From Acidimicrobiales bacterium (lineage in GTDB: Bacteria > Actinomycetota > Acidimicrobiia > Acidimicrobiales > Aldehydirespiratoraceae): a stretch of DNA of 64,000 nt. Below the pieces are notes generated by a model. It made no database searches. It worked only from the letters and a program-made list of their open reading frames with translations, and was not told where the DNA came from. Positions 39,407 through 47,273 of this stretch are shown piece by piece (position 1 is the first letter of the stretch; every line of letters starts with the position of its first letter). The translations under genes were made by a program, and so were the position numbers. The DNA lies in contig BQJV01000001.1 of NCBI GenBank assembly GCA_021604885.1, positions 2,795 to 66,794 on the forward strand, in the 5' to 3' direction.

Positions 39407-39910
39407 TCAAGCAGTGGCGTTTGCGGATTCCGAGCCACACGCCCTTGTCGCCGCTGCATTGGCTGCTGCGAGTAGGCGGGCCAGCCGCTTCCAACGCCAA
39501 TGTCGGTAGCGGTAGAAGACGTGGGCGTAGCCGGCGACGACGGGGGTGAGCGGGCCGGCGTCGATCTCGATGGTGTCGGTGTAGCGGCACCGCTGATCGG
39601 CCAGGAACTCGACGTGCAGCGAGTGGTGCCAGCGCCGGAGCAGGCCGCCGTGTTCGTCAGATACGAGCGTCCGGGTTTCGTTGTCGATCGAGGCGACCGA
39701 GAGATGATGCTTGGAGAACGGCATGACGTTGAACAGAAACGTCCAGCCAACGATGGTCTGGCCAACCTTCCACGGGCCGTCGAGGCGCGATGCCGCAGGA
39801 AAGCGGAGCATGCCGTTGGCGATGTGGACGAACGCGTGGGGAGTCTGGATGCCAGACCAGACGACCTCGGCCGGGGCGTTGAACTCGGAGGTGACGACGA
39901 TGGTTCGCAT
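39407..39910 (-). CDS. SRPBCC (START/polyketide-cyclase-like) superfamily protein
   Basis: MRTIVVTSEFNAPAEVVWSGIQTPHAFVHIANGMLRF.. is a typical SRPBCC N-terminus. Transcribed divergently from a TetR gene. Confidence 0.6.
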   Translation of the reverse strand: MRTIVVTSEFNAPAEVVWSGIQTPHAFVHIANGMLRFPAASRLDGPWKVGQTIVGWTFLFNVMPFSKHHLSVASIDNETRTLVSDEHGGLLRRWHHSLHVEFLADQRCRYTDTIEIDAGPLTPVVAGYAHVFYRYRHWRWKRLARLLAAANAAATRACGSESANATA

Positions 39911-39928
39911 GAGTACACTATGTGAGTA

Positions 39929-40555
39929 ATGCTCGAATGTGACAACTCGCATTCGTGGCGCAACGCCGAACCACGAAAACGCCCACGCCAGGAGCGGTCA
40001 CGTCGCCTCGTCGCCAGCCTCCTCGACGAGGCCACTCGCCTTTTCTCCGAGCGCGGCTACCACGCGACCACCACGAATCACGTCGCCGAAGCCGCGGGAG
40101 TCTCGGTCGGATCGTTGTACCAGTACTTCCCGAACAAGGACGCCCTGGTCGTCGCCGTCGCCGAACGGCACCTCGACGAGGCCATGGCCGAGTTGGCCGA
40201 GCTCGTTCCGCTGCTGCGGGCCGAGGAGCCGGATCTCGCCGACCTCTGTCGGATCCTGGTCACCGCCGTTGCCGAGATGAACGACGACCCGCAGCTCGAC
40301 GAGCTGCTGTGGCGGGCGCCCCGCACGGCTGCCCTCGATGCCCGCCTCGACGAGCTCCGGAAGATCATGGTCGACGAGATGGTGTGGCACCTACAGCGAC
40401 TCGGCGACACCTCACCCCAGGTCGGCACGAGGGTCCGCATCCTCGTCTCGAGCGTCGAGGCGTGCGTGCACGACGGCCGACTCATCGCCGACGAGCACGC
40501 CACCGACGAACTCATTCGTATGTGTCACACCTACCTCGGGCCAGCCGCGGACTGA
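39929..40555 (+). CDS. TetR-family transcriptional regulator
   Basis: ..LLDEATRLFSERGYHATTTNHVAEAAGVSVGSLYQYFPNKDALV... Confidence 0.85.
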   Translation: MLECDNSHSWRNAEPRKRPRQERSRRLVASLLDEATRLFSERGYHATTTNHVAEAAGVSVGSLYQYFPNKDALVVAVAERHLDEAMAELAELVPLLRAEEPDLADLCRILVTAVAEMNDDPQLDELLWRAPRTAALDARLDELRKIMVDEMVWHLQRLGDTSPQVGTRVRILVSSVEACVHDGRLIADEHATDELIRMCHTYLGPAAD

Positions 40556-40706
40556 CCGCACCGAGCGTGGTACGCGCCGAGTCGTCCCGGTATTGCTCAG
40601 GGCCGAGCGCCCCAGACCCATCCGGAATCCGGCAGACCGATCGGTCGAAGGGTGGAGGGTGAGAACTCTCCGGCACCCGATAATCCCGCCCGCAGCACTG
40701 TCGTGA

Positions 40707-40915
40707 TCTTCGGGTTGGCGACCCGAAGAGCCGATGGGTGGCGATGTCCTACTTCGCGCAACGCAACCACCGCTTCTACATCGTCGACTACGCCGGCTAT
40801 GACCCCCTCAGCGGCACCGAACGCCGCCGCTGGCACCCGGCTGGCACATCCCGCACTGAAGCCGTAGCGATCCGGGACCGGATCGATGCCGCCCGACCTC
40901 CTGCCACGTGCCCGG
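40707..40915 (+). pseudogene. 5' remnant of a tyrosine integrase gene (homologue of 36377-36585)
   Basis: MSYFAQRNHRFYIVDYAGYDPLSGTERRRWHPAGTSRTEAVAIRDRIDAARP aligns with MSYIVHRNHRFYVVAYTGHDPISGSERRRWHPAGTSRSDAEAIRSRIDAARP. DNA homology, including ~30 bp upstream, ends near 40915. No catalytic domain follows. Confidence 0.8.
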
Positions 40916-41039
40916 CGGCGACGAACAACAGGAGCCAGTGGCGCCAAGAGCGACGCTATGTACGGCGGTTAGCTCCGAGGCGAATGATGTGACGCTGGAT
41001 AGCGATTCGCTGCCAACTCATTCATCGACAGATGGCGAT

Positions 41040-41474
41040 TCATAGCCTCGATGCAACATCTGGTGACGAGAGACCGGTTCTCGCACTGAGGATGTGGCAG
41101 ACGTCGTCGTCGCCGCAGTCGGCGGGGTCGAGGAGTTCGCTGCGGTTCAACAAGTGCTTGAGCTCGCCTTCGAGGGCTGCGAGTTGGCGTTGCCGTTCCC
41201 GCACGTCGGCCAGTTTCGCTTCGAGCAGCGCACCCACGTGGGTGCACGGCGCAGCCCCCTCGTTGCGGATGTCGATGATGCTGCCGATCTCAGCCAGGGT
41301 CAGCCCTGCCGCTTGGGCCGATCTGATGAAACTGCCGCGCTGGAGAGCGACTTCGTCGTAGAGCCGGTAACCGTTGGGCGCCCGCTCCGGCCGCGGCAGC
41401 AGGCCGCGCCGTTCGTAGAACCTGACTGTCTGGGTGGGGACCCCGAGTGCTTCCGCGAACTCGCCGATCAACAT
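41040..41474 (-). CDS. MerR-family metal-responsive regulator with three Cys (C77, C120, C126)
   Basis: MLIGEFAEALGVPTQTVRFYERRGLLPRPERAPNGYRLY.. is the HTH, followed by ..GAAPCTHV.. and ..DCGDDDVCH... The Cys spacing is reminiscent of Hg(II)-type MerR. Confidence 0.8.
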   Translation of the reverse strand: MLIGEFAEALGVPTQTVRFYERRGLLPRPERAPNGYRLYDEVALQRGSFIRSAQAAGLTLAEIGSIIDIRNEGAAPCTHVGALLEAKLADVRERQRQLAALEGELKHLLNRSELLDPADCGDDDVCHILSARTGLSSPDVASRL

Positions 41475-41490
41475 CCTCACACGATACTCC

Positions 41491-41522
41491 TTGACCTTGA
41501 TCCGTGGTTCAAGGTTTATCGT
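41491..41522 (+). promoter_or_regulatory. MerR-type promoter: TTGACC, 19-20-bp spacer with dyad ACCTTGA-N8-TCAAGGT, then TATCGT
   Basis: A long-spacer promoter with a dyad across the spacer. The -10-like hexamer ends 7 nt before the ATG at 41529, which implies a leaderless transcript. Confidence 0.55.
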
Positions 41523-41528
41523 CGAGAC

Positions 41529-41828
41529 ATGGACGTGACACTGGTCTACTTCGAGGACTGCCCGAACTGGCTCAAGGCCGATGCCCACCTACGCACCCTG
41601 GCGGCCGAACGGCCCGATCTCCACATCACACGCCGGATCGTCGACACCCCCGAGGCAGCGAAGGAGACCCGGTTCCGCGGATCACCCAGCATCCTCGTCG
41701 ACGGCCACGACATCTTCGCCGACGCTGACGCACCAGTCGGGCTGTCGTGCCGCGTGTACCAAACGCCCGACGGCCCGGCCGGCTCGCCGACGATCGAACA
41801 ACTGCGCGAAGTGTTGTCTCGTGGCTGA
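41529..41828 (+). CDS. small thioredoxin-fold-like protein
   Basis: MDVTLVYFEDCPNWLKADAHLRTLAAE..FRGSPSILVDGHDIF..GLSCRVYQTPDG... My recollection is that this type of small protein accompanies actinobacterial mer-like loci. That assignment is inference. Confidence 0.55.
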   Translation: MDVTLVYFEDCPNWLKADAHLRTLAAERPDLHITRRIVDTPEAAKETRFRGSPSILVDGHDIFADADAPVGLSCRVYQTPDGPAGSPTIEQLREVLSRG

Positions 41829-41992
41829 GAGAGAAAGCTCTGCGAGCCTTGTTGCTCTTGGCGCGGCCGGGCTCGGTGTCTGCTGCGGGACACCGCTGTC
41901 GGGCTCGGCCGCTCGCACCAGCGCAGCCGCGCGGTGCCTCGTGTGAGCGCTGACGGCCAAGAATCCAATCCTTCTCACCGAAGGACCCTGTC

Positions 41993-43345
41993 ATGACCAC
42001 TCCCTATGACCTCATCGTGATCGGGGCGGGCATGGCCGGCGTCGAGGCGGCCAACAAGTGCGCGGCTGCCGGCTGGCGGACCGCAATCGTCGACGAACTC
42101 CCCTACGGCGGCACCTGCGCCCTCCGGGGCTGTGACCCCAAGAAGATCCTGCGACGCGGCGCCGAGATCATCGACAGCGCCCGACTTATGCAAGGCAAGG
42201 GCATCGACAACAGCGGCCTGGCGATCAACTGGGCCGACCTCATGAAACACAAACGCGGCTTCACCGACCCCGTCCCCCAGAACATGGAACGTGGCCTCAC
42301 CGGCAACGGCGTGGAGACCCTCTATGGCACCGCCACCTTCACCGGCACCAACACCGTCGACATCGACGGCGCTGTGCATAACTCGTCACACTTCATGATC
42401 GCCACCGGCGCCCGACCCAAACCACTGGGATTCCCCGGCGCCGACCAACTCATCGACAGCACCGACTTCTTGAACCTCGAGGAACTCCCCGCCCGCATCC
42501 TCTTCATCGGCGGCGGCTTCATCTCATTCGAGTTCGCCCACATCGCGGCCCGCGCCGGCAGCCGCCCCATCATCGTCGATCGCGGTGAGCGACCCCTCAA
42601 GGGATTCGACCCCGACCTTGTCGAACTCCTCATCACCCGTGGCGCCAAGGTCGGCATCGATGTCCAACGTGAGAGCGTCGTCACCGTGATCGAGCCTCAG
42701 CCGTCAGGGTAGCGAGTCACCGTCGAACGAGCCGGAGCCGAGACCACCATCGAGACCGACCTCGTTGTCCACGGCGCCGGACGGGTCCCTCAGCTGTCTC
42801 GCCTGGCCCTTGACGCGGCCGGCGTCGCCTACGGAGGAAACGGTGTGGACGTGGCCGGCCATCTCCAGAGCACTACCAACTCCGCCGTGTACGCAGCCGG
42901 CGATGCGGCCGACACTCCCGGCATGGCGCTCACGCCGGTCGCTGTGTTCGAAGGCAAGGTCGCCGCGTCAAACATGCTCAAGGGCACGACCACCGTGCCC
43001 GACTACGACGGCGTCCCCACCGCGGTATTCACCATCCCCGAACTCGCCCGCGTCGGCCTCCTCGAAGAAGATGCCCGAGCCCAAGGCATCGACCTCGACG
43101 TCCGCTACTCCGATACCAGCGGCTGGTACTCGAACTACCGCATCGGCGAAACCATCGCCGCGGTCAAGATCCTCGTGAACAAGACCACCAACACCATCGT
43201 CGGCGCCCACATGTTCGGACCCGAATACGGCGAACTCATCAACTTCTGCGCCCTCGCCATGAAACTCGACCTGACCACCCGCCAACTCAAATCCATGACC
43301 GCCGCCTACCCCACCGTCACCGCCGACCTCGGCTCAATGCTCTGA
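41993..43345 (+). pseudogene. class I pyridine-nucleotide disulfide oxidoreductase (glutathione/mycothione-reductase-like), interrupted by an in-frame TAG
   Basis: DLIVIGAGMAGVEAA (FAD motif), redox centre GGTCALRGCDPKK, and ..ILFIGGGFISFEF.. (NAD motif). A TAG at 42710-42712 is followed in the same frame by ..AGDAAD.., ..TAVFTIPELARVGL.. and a dimerisation domain running to 43345. There is no C-terminal Cys-Cys as in MerA. Confidence 0.75.
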
Positions 43346-43368
43346 CAGAACCATTTCTGCCACCGAGT

Positions 43369-43698
43369 TCATCGTGGCGCGTACATGATGACCGCGACTC
43401 CCAGCAGGCATGCGAAAGCGCCGATCAGGTCGAAGCGGTCGGGGCGAAAACCATCGACAGCCATACCCCACGCCAGCGAACCCGCGACGAAGATCCCGCC
43501 GTAGGCCGCCAGGATCCGTCCAAAGTTGTTCTCGGATTGGAAAGTGGCCACGAAGCCATACGCACCCAACGCAGCGATCCCTGCACCAATCCAGACGAGG
43601 CCGCGATCCTCGCGCACACCTTGCCACACCAACCAGGCACCCCCAATCTCGGCCAACGCCGCGAGCGCGAAGAGCGCCAACGATCGTCCAACCGTCAC
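43369..43698 (-). CDS. ynfA: YnfA-family (UPF0060) small membrane protein
   Basis: GTG start. [55 protein letters not shown].. has the 4-TM YnfA pattern. Confidence 0.75.
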   Translation of the reverse strand: MTVGRSLALFALAALAEIGGAWLVWQGVREDRGLVWIGAGIAALGAYGFVATFQSENNFGRILAAYGGIFVAGSLAWGMAVDGFRPDRFDLIGAFACLLGVAVIMYAPR

Positions 43699-43741
43699 CG
43701 GCGCGTTCCTCGGACCGTCGCGTCCAAACTCGCCCTGAGAG

Positions 43742-44003
43742 TCAAGCGGCGTGCTCGATGATCGGGCACACGGACGCCTCGACGCCCCGGCGCAGTATCG
43801 AGCGAGCACAGTCGGTCTCGCAGTACTTGCAGCTCCTCGATCCGCTGGTCGATTTCCATGACCTTGGCGGCCACCATGGACTCGACCCGCCTGCACGGTC
43901 TCTCGCCGGTGTCAGACAACTGCAACACCCGACGAATGTCGGCGAAGGTCAGACCCAGCGACTTGGCCGACCTGATGAACCCCAGTCGCTCGACCGACTC
44001 ACT
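43742..44003 (-). pseudogene. MerR/ZntR-CadR-type regulator remnant lacking the HTH and frameshifted
   Basis: ..[66 protein letters not shown].. then, in another frame, ..[15 protein letters not shown]-stop (43742). The N-terminal ~40 aa are replaced by the 3' end of the DMT gene. Confidence 0.6.
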
Positions 44004-45138
44004 CGTGGTGTGAGTGGCGGTGGTGAAGATCTGGGACGTGCGGATGGGTGTGCATCCGCGGCTGATGGGTGTGGCGTACCTGGGCTGGGTCGTCATGACA
44101 GTGGTCGTGGTGGTCGTCGTCGTGGCTGTGTTCATGTTCGTGCTCGACCTTCTCATGGGAATGCCCGTGTTCATGCGATGACTGAATGGACATCGCAACT
44201 CCTGAAGCGGCCAGCGCGACCGCGACCAGTTGCACCCAGGCCACCGCCTCGCCGAGAGCAACCCACGCAATGAACACACCGATGAACGGTGCGGTGGCGA
44301 AGATGACCTGCCCGCGGGCTGCGCCCAGGTCGCGGGCGCCTTTCACCCACAAGACGATCGATGCGCCGTAGCCGGCCGCGCCCACGGCCAGGGCCGCGAC
44401 CACCGCACCGGCGCTGATTCCGGCTGTGTCATCGGCGAAGGCAAGACCGAGCATCAGGTTGGCAGCGCCTGCGATCGCTCCTTTCAGCAGCACGACGTGT
44501 TCGGGGCCGAGCTGATCGATCTTGGCGGTGACGCCATTGTCAAGACCCCAGGCGACGCACGCCGCAGCAATGAGCAGGGCCCCGACGCTCACTTCAGCGC
44601 CGGGTTCCCAAACCAGAATCATCCCGGCCCCCGTCACGAGAGCTGCGCCGGTAGCGACACGCCGCCCGAGATGCTCTCGAAAGATCGTGGCCGCCAACAA
44701 CACCGTGGCGGCCAGCTCCAGGTTCAACAGGATCGACGCCGTGGCTGCCGATGTGCGTGCCAGCCCTGCGATCAGAAGTGCGGGCCCCACTGCGCCGCCA
44801 GCGATCACTGCTACAGACGCCGGCCGCCAATCACGCTGCACCGCCTGCCAGGTCGGGGGTCGGCGAACAACCGCCGGAAGGACCGCCAAACCAGCACCGA
44901 GGTACAACAGCCCGGCCAGCACCAAGGTCGGGACGTCTCCCGACAACTTCGATGCTGCTGGTGCCGATGCTCCGAACAACGCTGCGGCGAGCAGGCAGCG
45001 AGTCACACCGATCCGATTCACGACCGCATTCTCGCACCTCGCATCCTGCCTCTGTGGCCCTCGCCGGCCCGTCAGCTCGGGTGGGTCTGTCAGAAGTGTT
45101 GTACCGCGGGCGTGATCGGAGGAACCCCAATTGATCAC
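43999..45138 (-). CDS. DMT/EamA-family transporter with His-rich C-terminal tail
   Basis: Ten-TM-like hydrophobic pattern. The tail is ..SHEHGHSHEKVEHEHEHSHDDDHHDHCHDD..HTHPHVPDLHHRHSHHE. The GTG start overlaps the upstream stop (GTGA); a later GTG at 45024 is also possible. Confidence 0.7.
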   Translation of the reverse strand: MINWGSSDHARGTTLLTDPPELTGRRGPQRQDARCENAVVNRIGVTRCLLAAALFGASAPAASKLSGDVPTLVLAGLLYLGAGLAVLPAVVRRPPTWQAVQRDWRPASVAVIAGGAVGPALLIAGLARTSAATASILLNLELAATVLLAATIFREHLGRRVATGAALVTGAGMILVWEPGAEVSVGALLIAAACVAWGLDNGVTAKIDQLGPEHVVLLKGAIAGAANLMLGLAFADDTAGISAGAVVAALAVGAAGYGASIVLWVKGARDLGAARGQVIFATAPFIGVFIAWVALGEAVAWVQLVAVALAASGVAMSIQSSHEHGHSHEKVEHEHEHSHDDDHHDHCHDDPAQVRHTHQPRMHTHPHVPDLHHRHSHHE

Positions 45139-46019
45139 GAAGTGGGCGCGGTGCGTCGGAACGGTTCGGCGAGTTGGTCTCTGAAGCCGTTCGGGTAGTG
45201 GGGTTGACCGGCGACGCCGAGATCGTCGGAGGTGAGCTCACCCGTCGAGCTGGCTGGCCGGTAGGTGCCCATGACGCGGTCCCACAAGAGGGTGAAGAGT
45301 CCGAAGTTGACGTCGCCCTCGCCGGGGTAGCGAAGGTGGTGGAGACGATGTCCGGCGTTGACGGCGAGCCATTCCCCGAGGGTCCCTGTTGCGTAGTCGA
45401 TGTTGGCGTGCTGGACGAGGAGTTGAATGGCGACGCAGCCAGCGAGCGCCACCGCGACGGGTTGGGGGATGCCGACGAGCAGCAACGGTGCGATGCCGGC
45501 GGTCATCTCGATCGCTTGGTGAAGAGGATGTTTCATGAGGCCGTTCAACCCGTAGAACCGGCTGACGCTGTGGTGCACAGCGTGGAACCGCCAGAGCCAT
45601 CCGATCCGGTGGCTGACGGCGTGGGCGAAGGTGATGCCCGCGTCGAGAACGAGCACGGCGGCGATGACCTGGATCACGAAGGGCAACTCGCGGGGCCACA
45701 AGTCGACGATGGTCACCCGAGTGGCCAAGAGCGGCAGCGCAATGACGCTCACGGCGTTGAGCGTCTCGTTGAGCGCGGCGTATGCGAGATCACGACCGGT
45801 GTCGCCTCGGTCGATGTTCCAGGCTCGATCGTAGGGTGCGATGCGTTCGGCGACGAACGTCCAGCTGAGCGCGACGGCGACGACAGCCACGACCACCAGG
45901 TCGCGTCCGGCGGCGCCCCACAGCACTGCGCCGTTCGCGCCGACGAGAAGCAACGGCAGATGAGCGTGGCGAACGAGGGTGACGAGCGGCGGATGGCCGG
46001 TGGCCGGAGTTGCATGCAT
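45135..46019 (-). CDS. fatty-acid hydroxylase / sterol desaturase superfamily membrane protein
   Basis: Histidine boxes HAVSHRIGWLWRFHAVHH, HANIDY and GHRLHH. Confidence 0.8.
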   Translation of the reverse strand: MHATPATGHPPLVTLVRHAHLPLLLVGANGAVLWGAAGRDLVVVAVVAVALSWTFVAERIAPYDRAWNIDRGDTGRDLAYAALNETLNAVSVIALPLLATRVTIVDLWPRELPFVIQVIAAVLVLDAGITFAHAVSHRIGWLWRFHAVHHSVSRFYGLNGLMKHPLHQAIEMTAGIAPLLLVGIPQPVAVALAGCVAIQLLVQHANIDYATGTLGEWLAVNAGHRLHHLRYPGEGDVNFGLFTLLWDRVMGTYRPASSTGELTSDDLGVAGQPHYPNGFRDQLAEPFRRTAPTS

Positions 46020-46072
46020 GAAATGAGCATGAGTCGCGGCTGCCAGATTGTCTTGTACGCAGATGCCGCGGC

Positions 46073-46813
46073 CTACGAGGGCGGCTCAAAGCGCGACGAG
46101 GCCAGCAGGTCAGACGGGGCCATTCCGAAGTGGTCGCGGAAGGTGTGCGTGAGGTGAGCACTGTCGGTGAAGCCCGCTTCGTGCGCGGCGGTGGTCAGTG
46201 ACGCGCCGGTGCTGAGAGCCTCGATGGCATGCAGCATCCGCACCCATCGCCGGTACCTGCGCATCGGGATGCCGACCTCGCGTGCGAACCGCTGCGAGAA
46301 CCGGCTGGGCGACAGTCCGCTGCGGGCGGCGAACTCGACGACCGAACCCGCGCCCGGGGCGTCGGCCAGCTCCGCGAGCGCGGCTGCGACACCGCTACTC
46401 ACAACGGCGGCGCCGCCTGGGGCGGGGTTCGGCGCGTCATCGACGAGGGCGAGGACACCAGAGACGATCGCTTCACTGCGCTTGGACCCAGACGGCACCG
46501 GCAGATCGAGGCTGATGGGTGAGCCTTCACAACGGGCGCCGAGCTGGCGGCCCGCCGTGCTGTCGGCATCGACGAACACCATCGTTGCGAAGCCCGATGA
46601 GCTGATCTCGTGGGCGAGATCGGACGGAACGACGACGGTCGAGGCGGCGATCTCATCTCCGGCGCCGTGGCGGACAGTTACCGAGGCGTTCGAAGAGATG
46701 ATCTGCACTGCGTGATGGGCGTGGCGTCGAGTCGGCCCGTACACGCCGCGATACAGCAGCCACCACGACCCCATGGAGACGACACCGCCCCACCCGGCGC
46801 CCTCCTCAGACAT
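46073..46813 (-). CDS. AraC-family transcriptional regulator
   Basis: C-terminal ..FAARSGLSPSRFSQRFAREVGIPMRRY..AAHEAGFTDSAHLTHTFRDHFGMAPSD... Confidence 0.85.
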   Translation of the reverse strand: MSEEGAGWGGVVSMGSWWLLYRGVYGPTRRHAHHAVQIISSNASVTVRHGAGDEIAASTVVVPSDLAHEISSSGFATMVFVDADSTAGRQLGARCEGSPISLDLPVPSGSKRSEAIVSGVLALVDDAPNPAPGGAAVVSSGVAAALAELADAPGAGSVVEFAARSGLSPSRFSQRFAREVGIPMRRYRRWVRMLHAIEALSTGASLTTAAHEAGFTDSAHLTHTFRDHFGMAPSDLLASSRFEPPS

Positions 46814-46859
46814 TGCGCACCGTGCGCGTGATCGACGTTACGCTGCGCCGCATATATTC

Positions 46860-46875
46860 AACGGTAGCAGCCGTT
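46860..46875. promoter_or_regulatory. inverted repeat AACGG-TAGCAG-CCGTT in an AT-rich patch upstream of arsR-type gene
   Basis: Lies 12 bp upstream of the ATG at 46887, in the AraC/ArsR divergent intergenic region. Confidence 0.35.
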
Positions 46876-46886
46876 ATCATCGCTCT

Positions 46887-47273
46887 ATGCCGATACTTAA
46901 CTCAGACGGCGAAACCGCGACGCCACCATTGGCTGACGCCGATCTCGAAAGCCCCGCTGACGCACACCTGGCCGCCAAGCTGTTTCGGGGATTCGCCGAT
47001 CCGATGCGGCTGGCGATCCTGAACCAGCTCGACGACGGCGAACTGCGCGTTACCGACCTGGTCCAGCGGTTGGACGGATCCCAAGGCAATATTTCGGGGC
47101 ACTTGCAGTGTCTGAAAGGATGCGGGTTGGTAGCCGATCGGCCCGAGGGCCGTCAGGTCTTCTACCGCATCGCCCGACCCGAGGTCGTCGCCGTGTTGCG
47201 CGCCGGCTCAGAGCTGTTGGCGTGCTCGGGTGTGCAGATCTCGTTGTGCCCGAACTACCGGAACCGACGATGA
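46887..47273 (+). CDS. ArsR/SmtB-family metalloregulator
   Basis: ..LFRGFADPMRLAILNQLDDGELRVTDLVQRL..NISGHLQCLKGCGLV..VFYRI... C-terminal Cys residues (LACSG..LCPNY) are present. Confidence 0.85.
   Translation: MPILNSDGETATPPLADADLESPADAHLAAKLFRGFADPMRLAILNQLDDGELRVTDLVQRLDGSQGNISGHLQCLKGCGLVADRPEGRQVFYRIARPEVVAVLRAGSELLACSGVQISLCPNYRNRR

Larger units (their letters stand above)
37671..40915. mobile_element. remnant of a third integrative element (C), truncated within its integrase gene
   Basis: Its left-end module is homologous to the left end of element B. Its right end is a ~210-bp integrase 5' fragment, after which homology stops. Confidence 0.45.

Noticed and set aside
41993-43345. Calling the flavoprotein MerA (mercuric reductase)
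   Set aside because: It has the CxxxxC redox centre. It lacks the C-terminal Cys-Cys pair and any NmerA domain, and it is interrupted by a stop. The family-level call is kept instead.
44040-44170. Poly-Thr (TATTTTTTTTV) ORF 43695..44279 as a real repetitive protein
   Set aside because: It is the alternate frame of the His/Asp-rich tail of the DMT transporter gene. Only its downstream part matches a MerR-family remnant.
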